Source: Octopus bimaculoides (taxonomy: Eukaryota). Taken from it: DNA of 64,000 nt. Of the stretch, positions 12,575 to 25,075 are shown in pieces (position 1 is the stretch's first letter; every line of letters begins with the position of its first letter). Below the pieces are notes generated by a model. The model ran no database searches. It was not told where the DNA came from and worked only from the letters and a program-made list of their open reading frames with translations. The DNA is taken from assembly GCF_001194135.2 (NCBI RefSeq), contig NC_069005.1, positions 34,849,091 through 34,913,090 of the forward strand. Reading direction: 5' to 3'. The translations under genes were made by a program, and so were the position numbers.

Positions 12575-12801
12575 CAGTGTGTAGTTCTAAGGACTATTTT
12601 TCATTTGCCTTCGACCGAAGAACACGGCAAGAGCCATTTGCGTGGTCCGCGGGTGCTGCATACAGAAGTGTTATACACGGTGGTTGCGGGTGTCATGTGT
12701 GGGGAGGGTGGTGGTGTCAACAAATTTGGTCCCCCCACTCCCTCAATAAAGGGGGTGGGGGACAGCAAATAAGGGTTTGTGCGTGTATATANNNNNNNNN
12801 N

Positions 12802-12844
<43 letters not shown>

Positions 12845-14238
12845 TGTGTGTACATACATAACACAAACAAATCCACATATACATAGATACTTGATCTGAA
12901 ACATAGCAACACTTCTTGAATGTATGTGCTACAGCTGGGTCTTTATCAGTCAATAAAACGTGAAAGTTGACAGATTAAGAGAGATCAACCTTGGATTACA
13001 TGGGATTAGCGGCCAGCAAACCGGATTCAATTATTGCTACACACACACACACACACACACACATATATGCACGTGTATGTGTGTTTGCGCGCGCGCGTAT
13101 GTTTGCATGTGTGTGTGTGTATGTGCATATGTGTATGTGCATATGTGTGTCTGTTTGTGTTTGTGTGTGAACGAGAATCGGCTGCAATTATATATGAGTG
13201 CAAGCCATGTATATAGGTGTGTGTGTGTGAGTGTATGTAGGTTACTTCTGTGGAGTCTGTGTGTTAGGGCCGGGTGCTCTTCAACAGCCATTATTTGATC
13301 TGAACCCCCCCCCCCCTGCAGCTTCTATGGATTACATCGAAAGAGATGCTTTGGTACAGAATCAGTTAGAACGATGCCACTTCTTCACTTCCCTAGTATA
13401 GGACAACGCCCCTTATTGTTGCAGGAATTCAGTGAATTAAGGGTCACAGGCATTAAATATATTGGGATTAGACAACATCGAAGGAGTCGGTCTTTGCGCC
13501 ATTCCCCTTCCTGCTGTCCAGACGCCCCCCCCCCCCGCCAGATGCTCCGATGGCAGAACTGCTCTGAAAACTATAAGTTTCTTCTGTTGATTGCACAGAG
13601 ATGACGATGATACCACCACCTGGCAGTGTCTACCTTGACGCCTTCTCTGAGTTAGGAATATGTGCACAATATGTACACCGTATTCTTAAACAAGTGCGAA
13701 TTGTGTATATACGCGTGTGTTTAGTTACATCTATCTATCTATCAATCTATCTATCTATTGTCTCTCTGTCTGTGTCTCTGCCTGCCTGCCTGCCTAATTG
13801 TCTATCTCTCTCTCTTATTTGTTTGTCAATATATACACACACGTACAAGTATACATATGTATTACAGATGTATATCCCATAGTTTCCCTTCACTTATTTC
13901 TATATTGCTGCCAGACGATACGTTACGGGTCGTGGTCTATAACTGGTCGGGATGTTACCATCGGTTTCTTGGCGGATCCTTAGACATCGTGGCCCCCTTT
14001 TGCACTGGAGTACATACACTCTATGTTCACGTTGAAGAATTCGGTTACTTTCACTTCTTTATTATTATGCAGTGACAAACAACATTGGTGTGTGTGTGTC
14101 GTGGTGATGGTGGTAGTAGTGGTGGTGGTGGTGGTGTGTGTGTGTGTGTGTGCGTGTGTCTGTATATGAAGTATTAGAATAGCAAAATTATGTGTGTGCG
14201 CGTGTATATATGTATATATACATACATCTCTCTCTCTA

Positions 14239-14269
<31 letters not shown>

Positions 14270-15035
14270 TCAAAATAAACAACAAGGATATCCAGAGGTT
14301 ATATATATATTCACACATGGACAATATTGTTACTGTATTACCAGACTGTACTATATATATTATTATACACACACACACACACATATATAGAGAGATATGC
14401 ATGTATGTATGTATGTGTGTGTTTGTAGCCTCACAATATTGCTACTGTACAATATTGTTTGTGTATGTTAATAAAACAGCTGAGTTCTGCAGAACACAAT
14501 TATATAACTTCTAAACAATGTCAGTATTTTGTCTTGGCCAGCCACTGCAGTGTGCGTGTGTCTGTGTGTGTGTATGTGTGCACGCGCGCGCGCGCTTTTT
14601 GTGTACATATATGCATCTATATGTGTGTACGTGTATATATATATATTATATGTATTTATGTATGAATGTATATTTGTGTGTGCCTTCTTTATAAAGATCG
14701 ACCATTGTTAAGGCTGTGATGCCTGTGTTATTTTCTCTCGCTTCTCCAAGAGTGCTCATGACGTCATAGATATAGTTGAACATTGTGGAGAGACCAAAGA
14801 CAGGATTCCGTAATTTGGTAAAGAAATAACACAAATGGTTTAATACACACACACACACACAGAGGTGGTTCGCTACATTTGATTTGAGTCGTAAATTCTT
14901 GCAACGTGCGTCCCGAAACACACACGTACACACACATGCACACGTACACAAACACACACACACACACACACACTGTGTGATCTGGGGATTGTTATGATGT
15001 ATATATATATGTGTGTGAGTGTGCGCGCGCGCGCA

Positions 15036-15930
15036 GTGTTCTTTTATTCTTTTATGCGTTCCAACGCAAACGCTGTGGCTATAATGGGGCAATGCCAGTG
15101 TTGTCACCTTTAAATGGCCATTCTTTTTGTAAATGGCTTCTGGTGAAGGAGGGAGTTTGATTATTGCTGCCGTCTTTTGAGTTCCTTGCCGTGATGCACG
15201 TTCATCCGGGACCTTGAACAACAGAAGATCAAGTTGTTTCTTGAAAACAGCTACCCCCCCTACTCCATGTAGATCTCTCAGATGTTTTGGCAAAACTTTT
15301 AAATAGCTATAGACCATTGAATCCCAAATTGCTGCAGTACCTGGTCCCCACACTGTACGGGTTGGGTGGAACCTTTGCAACACTGCAGTGACGTCCATTT
15401 CCGAGGTTTGTATAACTTTCGATATCAAAGTTCGATGCCAAACCTTCTAAGATCTTCCATATGTACATCACTGCATGTCTCTCTCCTGTCTTCGCTCCAG
15501 AGCGTAGAGTCATGACTCTTTCAGCCAGTCCCAGTTGCTCAGCTGTTCCACTGATGCAATCTTCCGGGTGTACCATTCCTGAACCGCCTCAAGATCCGCT
15601 ATTAATTTGGCACCGTGGGATGATCACATTTGAGAGCAGCAGTCCAGATGGTTGAGGACATAATTTCCTGGTTCCTTGTTCTGAAGGTTCTCAGGATCCA
15701 TCTGGCCATTTGCTTGGACATTACTACCATCTTGGTGATATGTATATGAACCGAAGCATCGTTGCTCATACCAATCCCTAGACCAAGCACTGAACTTGAC
15801 TTTGCGATTGGCGCTCGTTTTGGTCCGAAACATCTTTGTTGCGGCATCTGAGCGCAAGCTGGCTCATAGCTGAGGGCTTGCAATTTACTTGCATTAAATT
15901 GCATGTTGTTTTCTTTAGCCCATGGATATA
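15036..15930 (-). mobile_element. CR1/Zenon-like LINE, 3' ~0.9 kb, decayed
   Basis: Minus-strand peptides WAKENNMQFNASKL, ARWILRTFRTR, ERHAVMYIWKILEGLASNFDIESYTN and LPKHLRDLHGVGGVAVFKKQLDLLL.KVPDE fit the C-terminus of CR1-group ORF2. Homologous to 59927-60760. Confidence 0.8.
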
Positions 15931-16468
15931 TGGCATTTCTCTCTATCTCTCTCTCTTTCTCTCTCTCTTTTTCACTCGTTTGTATATATAATGTATAACT
16001 ATAAGCAAAGAAATACGAGGGCGATGTTTAAAGAATTAGTAAAATACACCGAAACCAGTCAGATTGTTCTCATTTTCTTGGCCACAGAAAGAAACAAATT
16101 GAAACAACACAAAAGAAAACGAACAAAATGAACCAAATTCTTGCTACTTCTTTATTGTGCGGTTAAATCAAGTAGATTTACTACGTCAGCCCGTTCTGAC
16201 TTTATCGTAAAACCGCCCTCCTCCACCACTCTCGTATATAATGTTTGTGTTTGTTTGTTCTTATAATATACATAAATGTATATCCGTAGTGCACATATGT
16301 AAATATAAATATATACACACACACACACACACAATAAAAAACTCGACCCCGATATTTTGTCCTTATTTAGACTTTCAATCTCCTCTTCACACACCTATAT
16401 ACACCCACATACACACAAATGAATGTATGCACCCGTACATTCCCACCCGCCAATGTACACGAGTGTGC

Positions 16469-16511
<43 letters not shown>

Positions 16512-16794
16512 TGTATGGGTGTACAGAGGTAATCATTGACCGACCGTGTTACAATAAACTTGACAAAGATAAAAACATATTGACACAAATAATCCGTGTG
16601 CGCGCATGCGTATGGTGTGCATATGGATTCATATACGTGTGCCTATACACATACACGTATTCATATACGTGTGCCTATACACATACACACGCATGTGTGC
16701 GTGTGTATGTCCGTGTATTCATGCACATACATTCAATAGCTTAGACTGATGGCCACCACTTCAGATTTCCCGAACCACCAATGTGATCTATCTG

Positions 16795-16826
<32 letters not shown>

Positions 16827-17338
16827 GCTAGCTGTTTATTTGTTTATCTGTCTGTTTGTCTGTATATATATGTGAGTGTATGTATGTTTTATAGGTGCGT
16901 ATGTATGTATGTATTGTCTGTGTGAGTCTGCCTCTGTGCGAGTCTTGGGATGGGTGGAAATGGTTAAAAAAAAAGGAAACCAGGAGTGTTGTTGTTTGTT
17001 GTAATGGATTGGTCAATAGAGAGAGAAGGGGGATAGGGAGGAGTGTGGGAGAAGGAAGATGAATGTAGGATAGGGGGCGAAGAGACAGGAAAAGGGTGAA
17101 AGTGAGAGAGAGATCGGGGAAGGGAGACAGTGGCACTAAATGGTGGGGGCTGTTGAGAAAAAGACGGGAAGAAAAGAAAGGAAGAGAGAGTGGAAGATAG
17201 AGAGTGTGAGGAGGAGACGAAGAGAGTTAGAGGAAGATTGAAAGAGAATTACCTTGTGTGTGTGCGTTCGTGTGTACGCATGTACGAATCTATTTATATG
17301 TGTGTATATGTGTGTATGTGTGTGTGCATGCGTGTGTT

Positions 17339-17381
<43 letters not shown>

Positions 17382-19174
17382 TTTCACTACTTACAGTAGA
17401 TTGCATCAAAGATGAAAAGAGAAGAAAAGTTAAGAAATATTTCTTTTCTTTCTCTCAACTTCTAGGTCAGCCATTCTGTTTTATTCGAGTCGTCTGCTTC
17501 TCTCATATTTTGCTGCTGCACTCTTTTAAAGATGGCCGCCAGTATTCAGAAGGTTGTTGTTTAAACTCAGGTCGTTTCTGACCAAGTAGATATATATGAT
17601 ATCAAGGGATTCCAACCATGACCGTCTCATCTACTCAGAGCTATGTCTCCGGCCACACAATCCAATCCATCGTAGTGTTTCTTTCTGGTTTAGTTTCAAC
17701 GGCTGGATGCCCTTTCGTATCCCCAACTACAATACAAAATGTACTGGGTACATTTTTTCATAACATCAACACAATAGGGGTTGTCATAACCTCGACAAAG
17801 CAAAACGCTCCCCTCAGCCCCACATCATCTTCACTTGTTCGCCAACCATCAAACAAAGTATACTGGGCATGTTTTATCGTGGTATCAATATCAGTTGGGG
17901 TATCTTGTACCCTGTAAAATTTACAAGGGTATTCATTAGTCTCCTTTATGTCAGGTCGTTCACAAGGCTAACATGCAATACCCGTCAAACAATGGGAGAA
18001 CCTAATGCAGGGTCAGCGAGAATGTAGTAATAGTGTGATAACTTAAAATTGCGGATTAAGGTCCAGCCTGCCGTAAGCCTACTGGGAGTGGGGGAACCCT
18101 TAGTTTTTGCTAAAGTATGTCTCTGAGGAGAGCACAAAGGGGGGGGGACACGAGGGGGGGACAAAGGGGAGAGCACAAGGGGAAGGACNNNNNNNNNNNN
18201 NNNNNNNNNNNNNNNNNNNNNNNNNNNNNNNNNNNNNNNNNNNNNNNNNNNNNNNNNNNNNNNNNNNNNNNNNNNNNNNNNNNNNNNNNNNNNNNNNNNN
18301 NNNNNNNNNNNNNNNNNNNNNNNNNNNNNNNNNNNNNNNNNNNNNNNNNNNNNNNNNNNNNNNNNNNNNNNNNNNNNNNNNNNNNNNNNNNNNNNNNNNN
18401 NNNNNNNNNGCAACCGCCCCACCCTGATGCTCAGTCATGAAGCGAGAAATATTCGTTCATTCCTTACTCTTTATGTTCATTCGTTGAAGGGAGGGGGGGA
18501 CGATGAAAAAAGAAAAAAAGCAGGACGGAAGGAGGTGAGGACTAGGATGAGGAGAACAATAGGGGGAGGAAGTTGGGTAATAGTAAGAGGGAGAGAGTAG
18601 AGGATATCGGGTACAAGAAAGTCTGATGTAACCCCTTATATATATAAAAAAAAGTGCTTTTGAAGGGAGGGAAAGTAGTGATGGAGGGAGGGGTGATGAA
18701 ATATGGGTTCGTTCAGTTAACCATCCTTTCTTCAATATGAAGGGTAGGGGAATGATTTGGGAGAGGGTGTTACACACACACATACATACATACGTATGTG
18801 TATATGTATACACATATAGATACACATATGCACAAAGATACATAAACACATCCAAACATCATATATACTCATATATATGTATATTAATATGTATCATTTT
18901 GATGAAACAAGGAAAAGTTAAAAGATAGGAAGTGTATTAAATATTTAAATCTTGGTATAGATTCAAAGAGGAAGAGCTTAAGTCACTTGATGAGTTTGAC
19001 CAGTGCCTAATTCTTTGATATTACGTTTCTCATAAGAATCTTTTGTCACCAAACAATTGTCATCCCAAACTATTCAACACAAAGAAAATATTGGCGAAAA
19101 ACTGCGGTTAAATAGTCGCAAAATTCAGTTTCAGGAGAATAACTGAATTCGTGACATTGCTCCTACACATATAC

Positions 19175-19229
<55 letters not shown>

Positions 19230-19424
19230 TAATATGCATATATCTAATGTCTACATATTACGCATATTTATATTGTTAATACGTGTAAATACATACATAC
19301 ATACATACATACAGATAATATACATCTATAATATATACGTACTATACACGCATACATATTTACAAAACATACATTGGCATACTCCTCAGTCAGACAGCAC
19401 ACACACACACACACACACACATAT

Positions 19425-19498
19425 ACGACGGGCTTCTTTCAGTTTCCATCTACCAAATCCACTCACAAGGCTTTGGTCGGCCCGAGGCTATAGTAGAA
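19425..19498 (-). mobile_element. SINE family B, internal/5' fragment
   Basis: ACGACGGGCTTCTTTCAGTTTCCATCTACCAAATCCACTCACAAGGCTTTGGTCGGCCCGAGGCTATAGTAGAA matches 20250-20320, 56180-56236 and 59840-59917. Confidence 0.75.
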
Positions 19499-19689
19499 TT
19501 TTACCTGGCAGGGATACATGCTCTCATTCTAATGTGGAACACTGCTATTGATAGAAACGGTGACTATGTTGAGAAGTAGGGATGTGATCCACAGAGGACC
19601 AGCTTCATTTTGATGCATGATACATGTTCCTGTGTTCGTAATTGTACCTGTCCTAAACACAAATGGCATTACTTTTTCACTCATCCTCG

Positions 19690-19760
<71 letters not shown>

Positions 19761-20079
19761 TTCAAAAGTGTACACGCACCCACGTACATACCACTTTACA
19801 CTCTCTGTTCTACATGATGTCAACATAGTAAACATGTGAATATTTGAACAATGATATATTCGTGCAGAACAGATGTTCACATGTTGACAGCGTGTATATG
19901 CTGGCATCTGTATTTACCGCGAAACCGGAAGTTGTTAAAGACGAGTACATCAGGGGGGGGGGGGNNNNNNNNNNNNNNNACATCAGGGGGGGGGGTGTAA
20001 ATATTTACATATGTCTATACATGTACACACACATTTGTATCTATAGCTATAGATACAAATGTGTGTGTGTGTGTGTAAT

Positions 20080-20393
20080 CTTTTACTTGTTTCAGTCATT
20101 ATGTTGCGACCATACTGGGGCACCGCCTCGAAGAATTTGTTTCGTCGAATGAATCGACCCCGATACTTATTTTTTAAAGTCTGATACCTATTCTGTCGGT
20201 GTCTTATGTCGAACAGCTAAGTTACGGAGACCAAAACATACCAACACACACACACTTCTTCCAGTTTCCGTCTACCAAATCCAGTCACAAGGCTTTGGTC
20301 GGTTCGAGGCTATAGTCGAAGACACTTGCCCAAGGTGTCACACAGTGCGACTGAACCCATAACTATAAGCTTCTTACCACGCAACCTCGCCTG
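20080..20393 (-). mobile_element. SINE family B, near full length with internal (CA)n
   Basis: Contains the head seen at 56107-56236, a short CA repeat, the 3' body seen at 58438-58640 and the GGCGGTGCCCCAGTATGG tail. Confidence 0.8.
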
Positions 20394-22774
20394 TGACAAT
20401 TTGTATACTATCTATCTATCTATCTGTCTATCTATCTATCTATCTGTCTATCTATCTATCTATCTATCTATCTATGTCTGTCTGTCTCTGTCTATCTACT
20501 TATGTACTTGCATATATATGTATATATACATCTACATATATATATGTAACACACACATATCTGTTGTGGAGTTATGTTGTAGAGATGTTCTTGTTAGTTT
20601 CGTGTTATTCTTGTTGTAAATGTCGAAGTTTTAAAGTTTTATTTCCACGAAATTAAAATCCATAAAAACATCCCCCGCTGGCTGTGTGTGTGTGTGTGTG
20701 TTTAGGTGTGGGTGTGTGTGTGTGTGTGTGTGTGTTTAGGTGTGGGTGTGTACTTGATTTTGTGTGCCTGCGTCTGTTTACATGCGTGAGAGTGTGTATG
20801 TATGTGTGTATGTGCGTGTGTACGTAAGTTTGGATGTCTACCTTTATATGCACATATTACGCATGTATAGGCTTATGTAAGCATGTGTGTTTTGTAAATA
20901 TAGACATACACACACACATAAATGTAGACTTTGTCTATCTCTGTGTGTGTCTCTCTCTGTCACACACACACACACACAAGAACGTGCTGAAACAAAGACC
21001 GATAAAGGAAATAAGAAGCATTTATTTCTTCCTCTTTTTATAGACACACACACATAGATATATTACCCTCCCCATATATACATATACATACGTACGTACG
21101 TACACACAAACACTCATACACATATATATACATACACATATATCTACATATGTATACATACTTGCATCCGTGTTTATATTGTCTCCAGCCCACCTAAAAC
21201 ATTAATAGCGATATCAATGGATGAACGTATGTTGTGTGTGTGTATGTGTGTGTGTGTGTATGTGTGTGTATATATGTGTGTGTGTATGTATATATATATA
21301 TATATATACATATATAAGTATACAAAAGTGTNNNNNNNNNNNNNNNNNNNNNNNNNNNNNNNNNNNNNNNNNNNNNNNNNNNNNNNNNNNNNNNNNNNNN
21401 NNNNNNNNNNNNNNNNNNNNNNNNNNNNNNNNNNNNNNNNNNNNNNNNNNNNNNNNNNNNNNNNNNNNNNNNNNNNNNNNNNNNNNNNNNNNNNNNNNNN
21501 NNNNNNNNNNNNNNNNNNNNNNNNNNNNNNNNNNNNNNNNNNNNNNNNNNNNNNNNNNNNNNNNNNNNNNNNNNNNNNNNNNNNNNNNNNNNNNNNNNNN
21601 NNNNNNNNNNNNNNNNNNNNNNNNNNNNNNNNNNNNNNNNNNNNNNNNNNNNNNNNNNNNNNNNNNNNNNNNNNNNNNNNNNNNNNNNNNNNNNNNNNNN
21701 NNNNNNNNNNNNNNNNNNNNNNNNNNNNNNNNNNNNCCCCCCCCCCCCTCTCTCTCTCATACATGGATATGTTGACGACAGAGATATGTGATGTGAGTGT
21801 CATGCTTGTCTGCACAATCATCGAAAACAGTTCGACGGAAACAGACGAGAAAAGTGGCGGTGACTTACCTTCAGTTCGAAACTGTTCTTTCTTTCCTTCC
21901 TATTTTGTAGTAGTAGTAGTAGTAGTAGTTGTTGCTTTTGTTTAGCCCTAGGTCAGTCCTCGACCTGTCATCAAAGACGTTCCACTCAACTTTCCCGGAT
22001 CTAATACTTCAATCACTTTTTATGTTATCCAAAATGTTCTTCTTAAAAAAGGAAACGTGGGATTTGGCTGCACTTTCTAACAGTTAGCAAATAAATTGTA
22101 AGAATAGTAGTAATAGTGGTAACAGCAGCAGCAGTAGTAATAGTAGTAGTGGTGGTAGTAGTAGTAGGTATTAAATTGTATTATATCCTTCCTTGTTAAT
22201 TCCTAGGTTTGTCATAGCGGCCTCCACCGTTTTTACGGCGGCGATGGAGGCGGTGTGTGTGTGTGTGTGATCTGATTGATGTTGTTATTAATCTGACTGC
22301 TGCTGTTGTTGTTGTTGTTCTTATTGTTGTTGTTAATCTCACTGCTGCTGCTGACTATTGTGCTTGGCTGATGTTGTTGTTCTTTTTGCTGTTATTCGGT
22401 GAAGTTGTTGTTGATGTAAGTTGTCTAACAAGACCACCAACACCGCCATCAACAGACCCGCCGCCTCCGTCGCTACCACAACAATGGTGGTGGTGGTGGT
22501 GGTGACGATGGTGGAGGTGTCAGCTGTTGTGTACCAACCACATCTGTTTGTCGCTGCTGATGTGGTGTGGAAAAGTGTGACAGGCACAGAAAGACACCGG
22601 GAGGACTTTGCTGGGGGAGACAGAGACAGTGAGGGAGTGGGAGGAGAGGGAGAGAGAGAGGGAATAAAGGTTTCGCAATTCCTTGTCACCGTATCAAGCG
22701 GAAGTCTATCTCTCTCTCTCTCTCACTCTCTTTATTCACCTTGAACCCTCCGGCTTTTATTCCCTCTCACCTTC

Positions 22775-22818
<44 letters not shown>

Positions 22819-23402
22819 NNNNNNNNNNNNNNNNNNNNNNNNNNNNNNNNNNNNNNNNNNNNNNNNNNNNNNNNNNNNNNNNNNNNNNNNNNNNNNNNNN
22901 NNNNNNNNNNNNNNNNNNNNNNNNNNNNNNNNNNNNNNNNNNNNNNNNNNNNNNNNNNNNNNNNNNNNNNNNNNNNNNNNNNNNNNNNNNNNNNNNNNNN
23001 NNNNNNNNNNNNNNNNNNNNNNNNNNNNNNNNNNNNNNNNNNNNNNNNNNNNNNNNNNNNNNNNNNNNNNNNNNNNNNNNNNNNNNNNNNNNNNNNNNNN
23101 NNNNNNNNNNNNNNNNNNNNNNNNNNNNNNNNNNNNNNNNNNNNNNNNNNNNNNNNNNNNNNNNNNNNNNNNNNNNNNNNNNNNNNNNNNNNNNNNNNNN
23201 NNNNNNNNNNNNNNNNNNNNNNNNNNNNNNNNNNNNNNNNNNNNNNNNNNNNNNNNNNNNNNNNNNNNNNNNNNNNNNNNGCAGCAGTAAGTACAGACGG
23301 AGGGGGTGGGTGTGCTCCAGCAACGCCACAGACCTCAGGCTGGGATTACTAAAAGGCTGAAAGTAAATGAAACACACACACATACATGTATACATATATA
23401 TA

Positions 23403-23441
<39 letters not shown>

Positions 23442-23869
23442 GGGAGGGGGATGCCTCTCAAAAGTTCTAAAGTTTAAACAATAACACGAGATTTTACTGA
23501 AGTCCAACGATTGTGTTTTGAGCGCGTCTCCAAGGTTAGCCGTCTCTCCTCTCTCCCTCCCACGCATCTTAAGAGTTATGGGGAGCTGTCCCTCCCATCT
23601 TGAAGAACACAAGTAAAATTATGGTCTGCACACACACACACACACACGCGCACGTGCGCTCACTTTTCTGACATGTAATGCAGGGGAAATGACTCTTGTT
23701 ATATTAATTTTAAAATTTGTTTTAAAGTTTGTATAAAGAGTAGAGGTGATAGGGGAATGAAGGCCCAGCCAAACGTGGATCGGGACAAGATACAACGGTC
23801 AGAAGAGATATGGTATGAAAGAGGCGGTGTGCGCCTTCACCTCTTCTGCTTGAATATTTTCCTCTCGAT

Positions 23870-25075
23870 CCATTTATGAGTGAGACTGTCCATTAATTCT
23901 TCCAGTTCTTATCCACCTGGAGGTCTAGGCCAAATCAGACACCGAGGAATTGGTCTGTCTCTCCATCGACCTGCTATTATTGTTCGTTGGCATAGTCTTG
24001 TCTCTCTCCAGTTGTCGAGCTACAGACCTACAGACTTGTTCGGATTTATCTTGTTGCTAGGTAGCGATGGACTGATCCAAATCGGTTAGAGACTCACCGA
24101 TACCAGATTTATTACTCATTCCATGAGGTGGAGGTTGTCGTGGATGCATCTAGTGGAGATCGCACACGTTTTAGCTTCTCCGACTAAAGCGTCCACAACA
24201 GGCACCAACCTCTTTTCCAACACTTTGGCCAGCATTCGAAACTCTGCATTCAGTGGGTTGTGGGCTGGAAGTTGTCTATAACATCCCGTCTATTGGCTTC
24301 CTTTCTCAATAAAATTAACACACCTTGATTCACAGAACTGGGAATTCTCCTGTTTTGCGTTCGATCTGTCTGTGGAGTCCTCTTTCATCTCCTCTGTACG
24401 TTCTGGCACTCGAGCCTTTACTCTGGAAGCTAGAACTTTTGAGAGGCATCCCTTTTGAATTGGGTGCAGGAGAGCTATGTCAACAGATGCGGATGACATT
24501 ACGCTCATATTGCCAGTTGCCATAGACATCTGTCAAGAGGTCAACAAACAGATCCAGTATATAGCCATAAAACTCAGGTGAGACCATCCAAACTGGGCGA
24601 TTTGTCACTTGCGCAGCCACTCAGGACTACTCGTATCTTAGTTGCTGTTACTGGCCTTTCACAGCGTCTTGTCCCTCCTTTAAAGAGTTGCGGCAGATCG
24701 TCGAGGTAGGTACTACAGTCCATAATTCTTTGTGGCCTTCTGCTTTTACTGAAGAGTTTGGCAAAGAACTGCGGGAAGGTCACATACATTTACTTGGAAC
24801 CGCGCAGTACACACCCATCCTGATCTGTCAAAGACTGAATTGTGACTTTGTTGTCACGTCACACCTCCATCATCCGAGTCCGACGGACGGCTTTCGTTCT
24901 TTCTCGATTTAGCGCACGAGATCTAGAGCCTATATCTATTGATTTTTCTCTTCCCTGCGTCACATGAGGCGACACCCAGGTTTGTAGCCGATGCTGCAGT
25001 GTCGGAGCCGGAGAACGTGTCGATGCACGTCACGTCTCAGATTAGGGACCTGCCTCCCTCCAATGGGAAGAGGGT
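23870..25075 (-). mobile_element. Tx1/L1-like LINE, decayed ORF2 (linker plus RT N-terminal half)
   Basis: Minus-strand peptides MYVTFPQFFAKLFS, KSPSLDG, PLNAEFRMLAKVLEKR, IHDNLHLM, DLDQS and QKGCLSKVLASR fit the SPGLDG / TLLN.ELKILAKVL / IHDNLHLM / LDQSKAFD / QGCPLS motifs of Tx1-clade RT. Many stops. Confidence 0.8.

Noticed and set aside
14646-15428. 260-aa minus-strand ORF
   Set aside because: A chance read-through of a decayed LINE 3' end into (TG)n repeats. The tail part (14700-14820) may be another very old RT remnant but is too degenerate to call.
17906-17930. TACCCTGTA, the start of mature miR-10
   Set aside because: Only 9 nt match. The sequence continues AAATTTACAAGGGTA as a tiny palindrome, not a pre-miRNA.
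19943-19996. Direct repeat ACATCAGGGGGGGGG on both sides of a short gap
   Set aside because: A typical contig-overlap artefact at a homopolymer.
21860-21872. ACTTACCT resembling the U1 snRNA 5' end
   Set aside because: No U1 stem-loops or Sm site follow. It is better read as a minus-strand donor or chance.
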